From a virus, in the IMG/VR virus record IMGVR_UViG_3300006139_000001: 64,000 bases of DNA; one strand, 5' to 3'. The translations under genes were made by a program, and so were the position numbers. Positions 1 to 9,482 of this stretch are shown here, piece after piece. Position 1 is the first letter of the stretch. Every line of letters begins with the position of its first letter. The notes under the pieces were generated by a model. It worked only from the letters and a program-made list of their open reading frames with translations, was not told where the DNA came from and searched no databases.

Positions 1-597
1 TCCGACATAATTTGTATCTCCACGACCTGCGGCTACCTTGTTTGCATATGCGACAGCCTGTTCTCCCTGCAATGCAGAGAAGTAACTATCCTTGCAGATA
101 TTCGGGTTGTAGTGGTAGGAGCAGAACATTCCAGTGCCGCCGTGATTATGACCCAAGCCGAAAGTAACGATTTCATATCTCGGCTCATTGGTAGTCTTAT
201 AAAGTTCACCATCGACTAACAAGAAGTTTCTATTTTCCTTTCTTGCCATAGCAACCATATGTTTCTTGTCGGGATGTACGCCATCTCTCCACTCACGAGG
301 GAAGAAACAAGAAGAACGTTCTCTCCAATAAATCAGTGCTGCAAGAGGACTTTCATATTTATCTTCATTACCGGCACAAATATCTCTGACATTTGCCTTT
401 GTCCACAACTTATTGCGGAAGAAATAAATCTTACCTTTTCCGCCATAAGAGTTATCCTCGAAAGCCAGCTTCATATTTTCCATCGTGGTTTCTGCGAGAT
501 TGATATTTACATACTCTTCACACTCATGGTAACGCACCTTGCGACATCTCGGTGGGAGATAACTTTCTTCATATTTAATCCATGTTCTGATTTTCAT
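1..597 (-). CDS. Phage early hypothetical protein (partial, runs off window start)
   Basis: GGAGGT RBS then ATG at 597 (MKIRTWIKYEESYLPPRCRK...); absent from the ORF track, consistent with no stop inside the window. Confidence 0.7.
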   Translation of the reverse strand, partial: MKIRTWIKYEESYLPPRCRKVRYHECEEYVNINLAETTMENMKLAFEDNSYGGKGKIYFFRNKLWTKANVRDICAGNEDKYESPLAALIYWRERSSCFFPREWRDGVHPDKKHMVAMARKENRNFLLVDGELYKTTNEPRYEIVTFGLGHNHGGTGMFCSYHYNPNICKDSYFSALQGEQAVAYANKVAAGRGDTNYVG

Positions 598-949
598 TTG
601 ATACCTCCATCAAACAATTAATATAGTCAACAAGCCAGTTAAAAAGCTACTCAAAATCATTGCTATAGTTATTGTTTTTCACTATATTTATTGAAATAAT
701 CTCTGCGTCTAATTCGTTCTGGTACTGTGTAAGGATTTTCAATTCTTGTGTATAACCACTGAACAGACTTTTTCGCTTTAAATTCTTCTATTGCAATTCT
801 TAATTTCCGCATGGCGTTTCAATATAAAACGCATATCCATCGGAAGTATAGTCATACTGTTCGGGTAGTTCTTTTATTTTTGATACAAAAGTCATATAGT
901 CTTTTTGGTGTATATACATTGTATCATTCCTTTTACTGATTTAATATAT

Positions 950-1449
950 TCATGCAAGACTTAAATTACCCCCGCAACACCCACAACGATAGCACTCTGG
1001 ATGCTGGATAATCTTGCTCATTCTCATTCTTGTGTATGTATGTCCGCATTTGTTACACTTGATAATGTAGTTCGGTGTGCGTACGCTAACTGGTCTTGTT
1101 TCTTCCTGTACACCTTTATCTTCGGCAGAAGAACATCTCTTGACATTATATCCATATGTTCTATTGACTTTTGCAGCAAGTCGTTTCCAATTCTCACCAT
1201 GATTCTACAACCTTTGCAGCTATGTAAAAGTTCATGAATAATAGTTTCCTTCAGACCTTGCTCATCGTTCCGCTCATCCAGAAGAACAACACTGATATTG
1301 ATTGAGTATCCGCCTGGAACAGCTCGGCACTGTCCCCATCTTTTCTTTGCTCTGGTGTTTACCTTGACTTCAATAATGTTACCATATTCAATACCGATTG
1401 CATCAAGTTCTTCCATACACTGAATTGCATACTCATCAAGGTTTCTCAT
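950..1449 (-). pseudogene. SprT-like zinc metalloprotease with 1-nt frameshift near 1206
   Basis: HELLH motif; adding one base (TGT A[T]G AAT CAT GGT = CMNHG) restores the third Zn ligand and a C-terminal CxxC...CxxC knuckle ending at TGA 950-952. Confidence 0.8.
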
Positions 1450-1487
1450 ATTGCTATCTCCTTTTCAGTAACTCATTTACTATAATC

Positions 1488-1516
1488 ATTATAGCACACC
1501 TCACTCTGTTTGTCAA
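1488..1516 (-). promoter_or_regulatory. sigma70/sigmaA early promoter
   Basis: TTGACA-17-TATAAT with extended -10 TG. Confidence 0.9.
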
Positions 1517-1534
1517 TGCTTTTTCTGATTTAAT

Positions 1535-1753
1535 TTAAGAAAATATTTGAAAGTGTGGATTGTATAAGCTGCCTATATTGCTGATGTAGTACCTTTTGCG
1601 CTTGAAAATAAAATACCACCGCCCTCTATCCTCTTTTATATCAACAATCTTTTTGTCTATTCCATCAGAAACGACCAGGCTGCCATAAGGTAAAACTCTT
1701 TTGTTTCCATAAAGTGGAATTATATAGCCAATTAATTTTTCAATTTTTACCAT
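1535..1753 (-). CDS. Hypothetical protein
   Basis: ORF with GGAG RBS in the minus-strand operon. Confidence 0.7.
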   Translation of the reverse strand: MVKIEKLIGYIIPLYGNKRVLPYGSLVVSDGIDKKIVDIKEDRGRWYFIFKRKRYYISNIGSLYNPHFQIFS

Positions 1754-1764
1754 CTTTATCTCCC

Positions 1765-2076
1765 TTATAAATGATGATTGTATTTGAATCTGCTGTTATT
1801 GCCTTTAAGTGTGATTTCCGTAACCTCAAAGCATCCGCCATCTCGGTCACAATGCTCTGTCCAGGCGCTTCCGCCATATTTTTTGAGTAGCTGCTTTGCG
1901 TGTGTCACGGAGATACCGCCCAATGTATCATCTACATGGTCAATCAGATGCCGCTTATCATCTGGTATATTCTCTGGATAGATTTCTCCGCCACTCTTTA
2001 AGATAACGGCGCAACCTTCTATCACCTTTGTATTATCATCTACAGTCCAAGGAAAACGATAGTAATTAAGCCTCAT
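1765..2076 (-). CDS. Hypothetical protein
   Basis: ORF coupled to the upstream gene. Confidence 0.75.
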   Translation of the reverse strand: MRLNYYRFPWTVDDNTKVIEGCAVILKSGGEIYPENIPDDKRHLIDHVDDTLGGISVTHAKQLLKKYGGSAWTEHCDRDGGCFEVTEITLKGNNSRFKYNHHL

Positions 2077-2485
2077 GGATTTTTCCTCTCTTTCTTCCGT
2101 TTAGATATTTGTCACTCGTGTGCGTTGATTTCGCAGCTTGCATCTTAACCCCAAGAATATCAATCTCAAATGTTTTATCTTCGATTGAATAGTATGCTGA
2201 AAATTCTAATGGAATGTAAGTATCATCTACTGAAAACGAAGTAATAAATACACTGCCCCAGGCATATCCAAGTTTTTCAAAATATCCGATAAGTTCCTCA
2301 CAATAGGTATCTATGCCGTTTTCACAATCAATCTCATCTTCTGGCAGTTCCTTGATATACATATCAATATCGGAAAGAGCGGTTTGTTCTCCATAAGCAT
2401 AAGAGCCGGTTACAATCACCTTGTCTTTGATATGTTCCAGAATTTCAATTAGCTGTTCCTTGCTGCCAAGTTCTTTGTCTGCCAT
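2066..2485 (-). CDS. Minimal nucleotidyltransferase (Pol beta superfamily)
   Basis: VTGSYAYG...SDID motif (GS...DxD); GGAGG RBS. Confidence 0.75.
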   Translation of the reverse strand: MADKELGSKEQLIEILEHIKDKVIVTGSYAYGEQTALSDIDMYIKELPEDEIDCENGIDTYCEELIGYFEKLGYAWGSVFITSFSVDDTYIPLEFSAYYSIEDKTFEIDILGVKMQAAKSTHTSDKYLNGRKRGKIHEA

Positions 2486-2527
2486 CTCATAACCTCCATA
2501 AAATAGTAACTCATTTACTGTACTTAT

Positions 2528-2556
2528 AGTATATCACACTTTTGAGTTTTTGTCAA
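2528..2556 (-). promoter_or_regulatory. sigma70/sigmaA early promoter
   Basis: TTGACA-17-TATACT, extended -10 TG, AT-rich UP element. Confidence 0.9.
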
Positions 2557-2613
2557 GTGCTTTTTGAAATATTTCTCAAATGCTTTTACATTTTTTGTAT
2601 AGAGAAACGGCGC

Positions 2614-3138
2614 TCAGATATGAGTACCATCCTCTAGTTCAAAGTAATTTGAATATGTGCAACCGATTTTGTTTGCGACCTCGGCAAGCTCAGAATCCGT
2701 GAAACGTCCGTTGTTTAGCTTGCTATTGAATGTCTGCCTTGATTTACCTAGGCGCTCACTTAGTTCCATCAGAGTCATTTCTGCATGTGCGCAAGAGTCC
2801 ACAATAAGCTGACGCGCTGTTTTTGCGATATACTCTGCTCCATCATCAAATGTAAATTTGACAATGATTTTACAGCCTAAAGCCTCGGCAATTCGGCGCT
2901 GCTCGTCAAAAGTTAGTTTTCCATTTCTACACCTGGTTAAGAAATTGCTTTGCAACATACCCAGTTCCTTGCAAACTTCATATTGTGATTTATTATTAAG
3001 AAGCAAAACGACTTTTACACGTTGCTCAAAATCAGAGCTGTCAATCACAATTTTCTCTGTAATGGTTATATGTGTAACACCATCAATCACTTCGATGTCG
3101 CAGCTCGTTTGTTCTTTGTTTGCAATATTCGCCTTCAT
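2614..3138 (-). CDS. Tandem XRE-like HTH protein (candidate repressor)
   Basis: Two repeated HTH units (SQYEVCKELGMLQSNF...IAEALGC; TLMELSERLGKSRQTF...VANKIGC); GAGGT RBS favours ATG 3138. Confidence 0.75.
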   Translation of the reverse strand: MKANIANKEQTSCDIEVIDGVTHITITEKIVIDSSDFEQRVKVVLLLNNKSQYEVCKELGMLQSNFLTRCRNGKLTFDEQRRIAEALGCKIIVKFTFDDGAEYIAKTARQLIVDSCAHAEMTLMELSERLGKSRQTFNSKLNNGRFTDSELAEVANKIGCTYSNYFELEDGTHI

Positions 3139-3157
3139 TGATTTACCTCTGCTTTCC

Positions 3158-3340
3158 TTAATTTTCTTTCTCAACTTCGATATAAAGTTCTCCATCCTCG
3201 CAATAGATATACTTCATATCATAATCCATCGCTTCTTCCGCTGAGATTTCAATGCGGCGCTCGTTCTCATGGTCATAGTAGCAGTAGTGGCATTCGCCCT
3301 GAATTTCCACACAATTCAAAATTAAATCTCTGATAGTCAT
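3158..3340 (-). CDS. Small acidic hypothetical protein
   Basis: AAGGAG RBS, MTIRDLI start. Confidence 0.65.
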   Translation of the reverse strand: MTIRDLILNCVEIQGECHYCYYDHENERRIEISAEEAMDYDMKYIYCEDGELYIEVEKEN

Positions 3341-3353
3341 TTCTCTTTCTCCT

Positions 3354-3680
3354 TTACTGTGCAATGTATTTTTCAATGTGTTTCATAATCGGGTCAAAGA
3401 TTGTTACCGTGCCATACTGCATATATTTATGCTTTGTTTCTTTTGGCATCTGAAGGATGTATGCAACTTCTCCAAATTCTCCATCGCCGCCCAGCTTCTT
3501 ATATTCACGTTTTGCCCAGGCGATGAGCTTTTCAATTTCTTCTTTGAATGTGTCTACATTCTGGTAATGTGTCCGCTTTGCAATATCAATAGTGTAGCCG
3601 ACTGCGTAGTTCTCGTTGTTGCTGCTGTAATTATACTTTGCTCTTTCCATCAAATCAACTACATACTTTGGGATGTTCAT
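3354..3680 (-). CDS. Hypothetical protein
   Basis: AAGGAG RBS, first gene after a promoter. Confidence 0.75.
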   Translation of the reverse strand: MNIPKYVVDLMERAKYNYSSNNENYAVGYTIDIAKRTHYQNVDTFKEEIEKLIAWAKREYKKLGGDGEFGEVAYILQMPKETKHKYMQYGTVTIFDPIMKHIEKYIAQ

Positions 3681-3713
3681 ATCTAAACTCCTTTCTCCCT
3701 TGTTTCTGATATT

Positions 3714-3742
3714 ATTATATCACAAAGCGAACTGTTTGTCAA
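3714..3742 (-). promoter_or_regulatory. sigma70/sigmaA early promoter
   Basis: TTGACA-17-TATAAT with TG. Confidence 0.9.
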
Positions 3743-3777
3743 GTGTTTTCTGAAATATTTTTTAAATTATTTTACCG

Positions 3778-3954
3778 TTATTTCCGGTACATACGGGCAA
3801 TTTTCCTTGCCTCTCGTTTTGACTTGCCAACCATCTGACCAAGCATATTGTCCATCTCGCTTTTGTCATGTACCGGTGCTTTCTTACTGCAAGTGTTGAA
3901 TAAGTCAATCGCTCCGCTGATTCCAAAAATTCCAAGTAAAATAATTACTGGCAT
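3778..3954 (-). CDS. Small membrane-anchored protein (58 aa, below track cutoff)
   Basis: GAGGAGG RBS; MPVIILLGIFGISGAIDLF... hydrophobic N-terminus. Confidence 0.65.
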   Translation of the reverse strand: MPVIILLGIFGISGAIDLFNTCSKKAPVHDKSEMDNMLGQMVGKSKREARKIARMYRK

Positions 3955-3991
3955 AACCGTTCCTCCTCGTGTTTTCTTTGTTATGTAAAAA

Positions 3992-4345
3992 TCAGTACTC
4001 GTTATACTTGTCCTGGCGTTCCAGATAGTACTTGTTGACTAAAACCATCTGGCGGGTGAGAATGGTATAAAGACCAACTAGACCGACAAAGATACCGAAG
4101 TATTCCAGGATGCTTGCAACGATAACGCAACCAGTAATAAGGCAAGCGATGCCGACAAGCATAATTGCTACACCCATAAGGCGTTGCTGGCGGTAATAAA
4201 TCGCCCTACGCTCTCTGTCCTTGCCGATGCGCTGTTGACGGCGCTCGTTAAGCTGTTCCCTCATGTTCTCATACTCATTGAAAGACATGAATGTTTCTGG
4301 CTCGGCATATCTGCCACCATAGTTCGCTGAATAGTTGTTACTCAT
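3992..4345 (-). CDS. Membrane protein, 2 TM helices
   Basis: GGAGG RBS before MSNNY; two hydrophobic segments. Confidence 0.75.
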   Translation of the reverse strand: MSNNYSANYGGRYAEPETFMSFNEYENMREQLNERRQQRIGKDRERRAIYYRQQRLMGVAIMLVGIACLITGCVIVASILEYFGIFVGLVGLYTILTRQMVLVNKYYLERQDKYNEY

Positions 4346-4374
4346 TATAAGTTCCTCCATTAAAATTTTCCCTT

Positions 4375-5052
4375 TCATGCAACTACATTTACGCAAATAT
4401 CCATAGGTGTAATTCTGTAGGCATATTTCTTTGCGTTCTTTTTTTTGAAGATATAACCGCCCTCATAGCGCTCCAATCTTCCGGTTAAGTGACCGTAGTT
4501 GATAAACTTTCCTTCGCAAGCCTTGAAAATCCGTTCCGCTTCTTCTTTTACAGTGTCAGTGGCTTCAACCTGGCTATACTGAAAAATTGCTTGAATGTTC
4601 TTTGCCGGATAGTCCGCAAGTAATTCTTTGAGTTTTGCAAAGATACGCTCGTTTTCTTCTATATCTCCTTCCTTTTCAAGACTTAGTGTAATATAGCTAT
4701 AGTCTCTGCCGGACATTCTGCCATTTGTTGTATTATAAAGGTCATTGCACCAAAACCAGAATGTGTAATCTTTTCGGTCTTTGTAATTATAAGGTTCTTT
4801 GTACTGACCGAAGGTGAAATGCTTTTCCAGAAATTCCATGAGTTCCAGATTCTCATCTGCAATTCGCTGGCGTGTCTCATCACACCGCATAGACCATTCA
4901 ACATTGCTGTGGCTCTCTGCATATGCCCTGTTTGCAGCCTTTTCTTCCTCAGTAAAGAAACGGTCAAGTCGAATCTGATAAGGTACAACTCGCACCAAAC
5001 CTCTGTCTGCAAGCTCCTTTTTAATATAGGTCATATCGTCATGGAATTTCAT
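4375..5052 (-). CDS. Hypothetical protein
   Basis: 225-aa ORF, GGAGGT RBS. Confidence 0.8.
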   Translation of the reverse strand: MKFHDDMTYIKKELADRGLVRVVPYQIRLDRFFTEEEKAANRAYAESHSNVEWSMRCDETRQRIADENLELMEFLEKHFTFGQYKEPYNYKDRKDYTFWFWCNDLYNTTNGRMSGRDYSYITLSLEKEGDIEENERIFAKLKELLADYPAKNIQAIFQYSQVEATDTVKEEAERIFKACEGKFINYGHLTGRLERYEGGYIFKKKNAKKYAYRITPMDICVNVVA

Positions 5053-5079
5053 ATCGTTTACCTCCGTTATATTTTCGAT

Positions 5080-5391
5080 TTAAGCATCTTTTGCCATATC
5101 CTTTTCAATCGCTGCAATACAATCTTCTTTTGTTTTGTAATATCCACCGCACTTTATTTCCTTTATGGTATCTTCTGGTGTAAGCAAATAATCGCAAATT
5201 TCGTAGTGACTGAATTCTCCATCGTATTTGATTTTGCACGGTTTTACAATGTGATAATAGCCTTTGCGGTTAATGTAGAAGTAAAAGTTTCCTTCAGCCG
5301 ATTTGTAGTATTTGTTTTCGTAGTAGCTGCGTCTTTCTCCCATAATTCGATTTCTGGTATTTTCCGTGCGCATGTCATACGGTGAATTCAT
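5080..5391 (-). CDS. Hypothetical protein
   Basis: AAGGGGG RBS before MNSPY. Confidence 0.7.
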   Translation of the reverse strand: MNSPYDMRTENTRNRIMGERRSYYENKYYKSAEGNFYFYINRKGYYHIVKPCKIKYDGEFSHYEICDYLLTPEDTIKEIKCGGYYKTKEDCIAAIEKDMAKDA

Positions 5392-5433
5392 TTTGTGTTG
5401 CCCCCTTAGTAGTAACTCATTTACTGTACTTAT

Positions 5434-5462
5434 AGTATAGCACAATTTGTGCCGTTTGTCAA
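5434..5462 (-). promoter_or_regulatory. sigma70/sigmaA early promoter
   Basis: TTGACA-17-TATACT with TG. Confidence 0.9.
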
Positions 5463-5501
5463 TACTTTTTCTGATTTAATTTTAGATTTTTTTGAAAAAG
5501 T

Positions 5502-6020
5502 TTAATCCTCATATTCATGGCTCAAAACAAAATCGTAACGCTCCATAATGTCATCGGTGTAATCAGTACCAGGATTATAGATAAAGTAGCTTAGAATGAT
5601 TGTACCGTCGTGCGTCTCAAAATCCACGCCGGAATAGCTAATATAGTTATAATAGTCATCGTTGGTGTTAAGAATTTTACCATCTCCGGCACGGTCAGTA
5701 TTTGTTACAATGCCGATACAGCGCTCAATAATAATCTCGTCACCTTCTGTGCGGTGTTCCAGGATTTCCGCCGTTAGCTCATCAGTGCCATATACTGCAA
5801 AGCGTGTGCCATCGCCGTATTGCTCGGAAAGCTCTAGGATAAAAGCATCCTCAATACCGTAGATTTCAAGCTCCACACGCTGCCCGTTTACCTCATAGAC
5901 AGCATCAGGAAATGATGTTGTGCTGATAGTGTCCGATGGTGTCTCATTATTTCCAGCGCCACAAGCCGCAAGAGATGTAACTATAACAAGAGTAACAATA
6001 AAGCTAATAACCTTTTTCAT
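5502..6020 (-). CDS. Acidic lipoprotein
   Basis: MKK + hydrophobic stretch + LAAC lipobox. Confidence 0.8.
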   Translation of the reverse strand: MKKVISFIVTLVIVTSLAACGAGNNETPSDTISTTSFPDAVYEVNGQRVELEIYGIEDAFILELSEQYGDGTRFAVYGTDELTAEILEHRTEGDEIIIERCIGIVTNTDRAGDGKILNTNDDYYNYISYSGVDFETHDGTIILSYFIYNPGTDYTDDIMERYDFVLSHEYED

Positions 6021-6038
6021 TTCAAATTTTCCTTTCTA

Positions 6039-6200
6039 TTATACTAATTCAAAACCGCAATGGCAAAAACCTGTTTCATCTGAAATGTAATCGCTGATTT
6101 CATCCTCATCAGTCATTCCTTTAGGAATTTCAATTTCTGTTGGCAAAAATTCCAAGTCTTTATCGTTGTCAACATCCCAAATAATATTGATAGCTTTCAT
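6039..6200 (-). CDS. Small acidic phage protein (53 aa)
   Basis: GGAGG RBS; MKAINIIWDVD...DETGFCHCGFELV. Confidence 0.7.
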   Translation of the reverse strand: MKAINIIWDVDNDKDLEFLPTEIEIPKGMTDEDEISDYISDETGFCHCGFELV

Positions 6201-6209
6201 TGCTTCCTC

Positions 6210-6419
6210 CTATATTATTACTTCTATACATCCATCTTCATTTCGTTCAAATTGACAAGTCATAACATATTCCCAATCAATAGGGTATGGATACTCTGAT
6301 GTTATCTCATTTCTTTCTCTTTCTTCTTCACACTCTCGAATGCAAAGGTATGTTTCTTTTGCTTGTTCTTTTTCTTCTGGTGTTAAATCTTCCCATTTTA
6401 AATCTTTTGTGATGCTCAT
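6210..6419 (-). CDS. Small acidic hypothetical protein
   Basis: GGGAG RBS after a promoter. Confidence 0.7.
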   Translation of the reverse strand: MSITKDLKWEDLTPEEKEQAKETYLCIRECEEERERNEITSEYPYPIDWEYVMTCQFERNEDGCIEVII

Positions 6420-6452
6420 GTTTTCTGCTTCTCCCTTCGTTTTTCTGATTTA

Positions 6453-6480
6453 ATTATACCACAAAACTTCCGATTGTCAA
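6453..6480 (-). promoter_or_regulatory. sigma70/sigmaA early promoter
   Basis: TTGACA-16-TATAAT with TG. Confidence 0.85.
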
Positions 6481-6542
6481 GTGCTTTTTGAAATATTTTT
6501 TAAATCATTTTACATAGTAAACATAAAAAACTCATTTTATTG

Positions 6543-7013
6543 TTAGTTGAAATATTCCTTTGCTTTGATAAGCGCCATATCAAAATCAAGAAGATTTTCC
6601 GCCTGGTATTCCTCTTTGATAAGAGTATAAAGCCGGTCAACAAATTTTCCGAAAGCTGCAATCATCTTTTCCGCATTGCCGCTCGTTTTGCGGTAGCTGG
6701 CTTTCTTATAATCACAATACAGATAATCCGTTGTAGACTTTACCTTGATACCGTTTTTCCAGGCTTCCATAGTCAGATTTTCCGGCAGCTCGTCAGTGTC
6801 GTTCCATCCGTCTGGCAAGTTGATATTCAGGCAAACCATCATCATATCATTACCGGAAATATTGTTAGGGCATTCGCTGGTATTTTCCGCCATGTGGCAG
6901 TCAATAGTAATGCTTTTACCCATACACTTATAAATGCGACATCCGCAATAGCTCTTTCCGAATTTTTCCGCATACAGCTTTTCAATTTCGGTTTTGAATT
7001 TTGCAAACTTCAT
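6543..7013 (-). CDS. Hypothetical protein
   Basis: GGAGGG RBS before MKFAK. Confidence 0.75.
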   Translation of the reverse strand: MKFAKFKTEIEKLYAEKFGKSYCGCRIYKCMGKSITIDCHMAENTSECPNNISGNDMMMVCLNINLPDGWNDTDELPENLTMEAWKNGIKVKSTTDYLYCDYKKASYRKTSGNAEKMIAAFGKFVDRLYTLIKEEYQAENLLDFDMALIKAKEYFN

Positions 7014-7031
7014 GAGATTTCCCTCCATATT

Positions 7032-7226
7032 TCAAACTGCAATTGTGATTGCCCCATCAATGGTATTTACACGGATAATATCACAATTCATATAGTTTTC
7101 AACTTTTTCGTTCCATTCGGTTTTAGATACTTCGCACATTTTTCCGTTAAAAACTTCCATGCATCCATCATAAATGATAATGTGAGTACCGCCACTAATC
7201 ACGGAAAGGATATTCCACAATTTCAT
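7032..7226 (-). CDS. Hypothetical protein
   Basis: GGAGG RBS, overlaps upstream stop. Confidence 0.7.
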   Translation of the reverse strand: MKLWNILSVISGGTHIIIYDGCMEVFNGKMCEVSKTEWNEKVENYMNCDIIRVNTIDGAITIAV

Positions 7227-7741
7227 TTTTTCCTCCTAATCAGTCGCAGCGCTTCTTCTAAATCGCTGATTTTTTCGTCTTGCTTTTTCGTCGTGTTCTT
7301 GTTGTGGTACTTGAAATAATCAACCAAATTTTCCGCAGCTCTGATAACCTCATCCATATAAAGCGCTTTCAGGTCAACATCCGTTTCGTGAATTTCCGGC
7401 TTTTCGCCAACATCCAGAAGATAGCGCACGGTTTCAAAATTTCCATTTCGGTATGCTCCGGCGATAAGGCTATGACAGATTCCAAACTTTTCATATGTGC
7501 GCCCGATTTTTCCGCCGTTCATATAGTACGCCTTCAGCGTTTCAATTTCTCCGCTGCAAGCAGCGCCCCACAAAATTTCCGTTATTTCGTCCTGTTCTCT
7601 CTGAATTTCCACAAGCGCCCATTTGTAAAGGTCAGCACCGTATCTGTCTCTGATTTCGTCTAGTTTTTCCACGTCATAGGGGTCATGTGCTGCCTTGACA
7701 AGATTATAAACTGTTTCATGTGCTGCTGTTCGTATCATCAA
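7223..7741 (-). CDS. Ankyrin-like repeat protein
   Basis: LWGAACSGEIETLKAY and LIAGAYRNGNFETVRYLLDVG resemble two ankyrin repeats. Confidence 0.55.
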   Translation of the reverse strand: MMIRTAAHETVYNLVKAAHDPYDVEKLDEIRDRYGADLYKWALVEIQREQDEITEILWGAACSGEIETLKAYYMNGGKIGRTYEKFGICHSLIAGAYRNGNFETVRYLLDVGEKPEIHETDVDLKALYMDEVIRAAENLVDYFKYHNKNTTKKQDEKISDLEEALRLIRRKK

Positions 7742-7750
7742 ATTTTCCTC

Positions 7751-7915
7751 CTATTCCATATTACGCTCTAGCTCAAACGCCGCTATTTTATATGCTTCTG
7801 ATTTTCCATTATATTGGCTTTTTTCCTCCGGATTTTCCGCTCGATGCGCTTTTACTTCAAAGTGATAGGCAAGCTCTTTGAAATAGGCGATAGTTTTCGC
7901 CTTCGTCCTTTTCAT
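7751..7915 (-). CDS. Small hypothetical protein (54 aa)
   Basis: TGATG coupling to the upstream gene; MKRTKAKTIAYFKEL... Confidence 0.65.
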   Translation of the reverse strand: MKRTKAKTIAYFKELAYHFEVKAHRAENPEEKSQYNGKSEAYKIAAFELERNME

Positions 7916-8457
7916 CACGCCACTTCCTCGTAAAGTTTTCTATTGATTATTTCCGCTTCCTTTTCGCTGCACTTGATTTCCAGGTGATAACCTTCAGAAT
8001 TTCCGCTTGCTTCGTAGTAATAGCTATTTGCTTTTAACCACCGGCAAAGGTTTTCCTTTTCGGCTTTGTCGTTTAACTCCACGCCTCGAAAGGTACGTTC
8101 TGCATCCGCTTCGGCTTCGATAATTGCATAAACGATATAATCCAAACAATCCATATTATCAAAATCATCATGGCGGCTTGTTCTCTGCAAAACAAATTTT
8201 ACACCGCATTCGTTTTGATAGCTGAAATATTCCTTTTTTCCTTCCTGGTCAAAGTCCAGGCGGCTTCCATTGCTAAAAACGATGAAGTTTGCATGATTTT
8301 CCGTTACCGTCCGCCGCTCGTCGTTTTCGTCAATTTTTCCGATGCTTTCCATGCCTCTTTCGCACTTTTCATCATTCCAACGGAAAACGCTTCCGCAAAA
8401 AACGCTTGTATGACTGGTCAGAATTTCCACAAACTGTTTTTTCGTGATTTTTTCCAT
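7915..8457 (-). CDS. Hypothetical protein
   Basis: 180-aa ORF with RBS. Confidence 0.75.
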   Translation of the reverse strand: MEKITKKQFVEILTSHTSVFCGSVFRWNDEKCERGMESIGKIDENDERRTVTENHANFIVFSNGSRLDFDQEGKKEYFSYQNECGVKFVLQRTSRHDDFDNMDCLDYIVYAIIEAEADAERTFRGVELNDKAEKENLCRWLKANSYYYEASGNSEGYHLEIKCSEKEAEIINRKLYEEVA

Positions 8458-8460
8458 TTC

Positions 8461-8844
8461 TCATTTCTCCCTTGAATACTTATTGATATACATATGACTT
8501 CTGATTTCTTCCGCATTGTCACCTGCTACCGCCCAGATGTCGGTCAAATATGCGCCGATTTCAAAAAATCCTGCGTAGTTGTCAAAAGCATAGACATTCA
8601 ACCAGATGTCAAGTTTTCCGCTGCCTTCTCCGTATGCGTCATTCACCCTTCCGTTCCTGGAAATTTCCGCCTCGGCTTTCAAAATCTCAAAGTTTCCATT
8701 GTAGCCGCTGGCTACCCTTGCCGCTATTTCGGAATAGCCTTTGATTTCTCCATCCTCTTTCATTTCGGCTATGATTCTTTTCACCGCTGGCAATTCAGAA
8801 ACGGTTATAAACTTTTTCGCATCCTCTGTAAATTTAACTTTCAT
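8461..8844 (-). CDS. Hypothetical protein
   Basis: GGAGGT RBS before MKVKF. Confidence 0.75.
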   Translation of the reverse strand: MKVKFTEDAKKFITVSELPAVKRIIAEMKEDGEIKGYSEIAARVASGYNGNFEILKAEAEISRNGRVNDAYGEGSGKLDIWLNVYAFDNYAGFFEIGAYLTDIWAVAGDNAEEIRSHMYINKYSREK

Positions 8845-8857
8845 TTTCAAACCTCCG

Positions 8858-9157
8858 TTAAAAAGCATTCATTTTTTCCATCTGATGCTGATATGCCAAA
8901 TTCAAAATATCCACCGGCGCTCCCCCGTCTGGATAGTACCTTTTAATTTGTCCAGGACGGGCAATCAGCTTTGTTACAAGCCTATTCGTAATGGCATTGT
9001 ATACAACAATAATTCCGGTAGTAGTCAATACATGACGTTCCGCACCGTTTTTGTGTCCACGGTCAACGAAAAATTCCGCATACATTTTTCCTTCGCCTAT
9101 GTTGCGAATTTTCTGTTCCCGTATGTAACGATAGTTTTTGTAATGCGTACTTGTCAT
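8858..9157 (-). CDS. Hypothetical protein
   Basis: GAGGAGG RBS directly downstream of a twister ribozyme. Confidence 0.75.
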   Translation of the reverse strand: MTSTHYKNYRYIREQKIRNIGEGKMYAEFFVDRGHKNGAERHVLTTTGIIVVYNAITNRLVTKLIARPGQIKRYYPDGGAPVDILNLAYQHQMEKMNAF

Positions 9158-9178
9158 GACTTTTTCCTCCTCTCTGGA

Positions 9179-9265
9179 CTATGCGGCTTTGGACGCTCTG
9201 CCCTGGCTGCATTACATCCCGCTTTCGTTCATTCCCCCTTCGTGCGGGATGCCATCTGCATTTAG
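9179..9265 (-). ncRNA. Twister self-cleaving ribozyme (P5-type permutation)
   Basis: UGCA-GA-UGG-[P1 CAUCCCGC/GCGGGAUG]-U^AA-UGCA-GC...P4 GCG-UCCAAAGC-CGC; pseudoknots T1 UGG/CCA and T2 GC/GC; predicted cut 9214/9213. Confidence 0.8.
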
Positions 9266-9444
9266 ATATTGACAACGATTTCGCCGTTTTCGACCTCGAA
9301 GGACTGTACCTCGTCCTCCGCAAATTCGCTATACATTGCCTCGTCGAACGTTCCGGAAAATACCTCCGTTTCATCGTCCACGCTGTAGAGCTTCATTTCC
9401 TCGTATTCGCTGATGCAAAGGCTGCAAAATTCGTAAACCGTCAT
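9262..9444 (-). CDS. Small very acidic protein (possible DNA mimic or inhibitor)
   Basis: GGAGG RBS; strongly E/D-rich 60-aa sequence. Confidence 0.7.
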   Translation of the reverse strand: MTVYEFCSLCISEYEEMKLYSVDDETEVFSGTFDEAMYSEFAEDEVQSFEVENGEIVVNI

Positions 9445-9482
9445 ATTATGTATTCCTCCGTTTCTTTTTCTGATTTAATACT

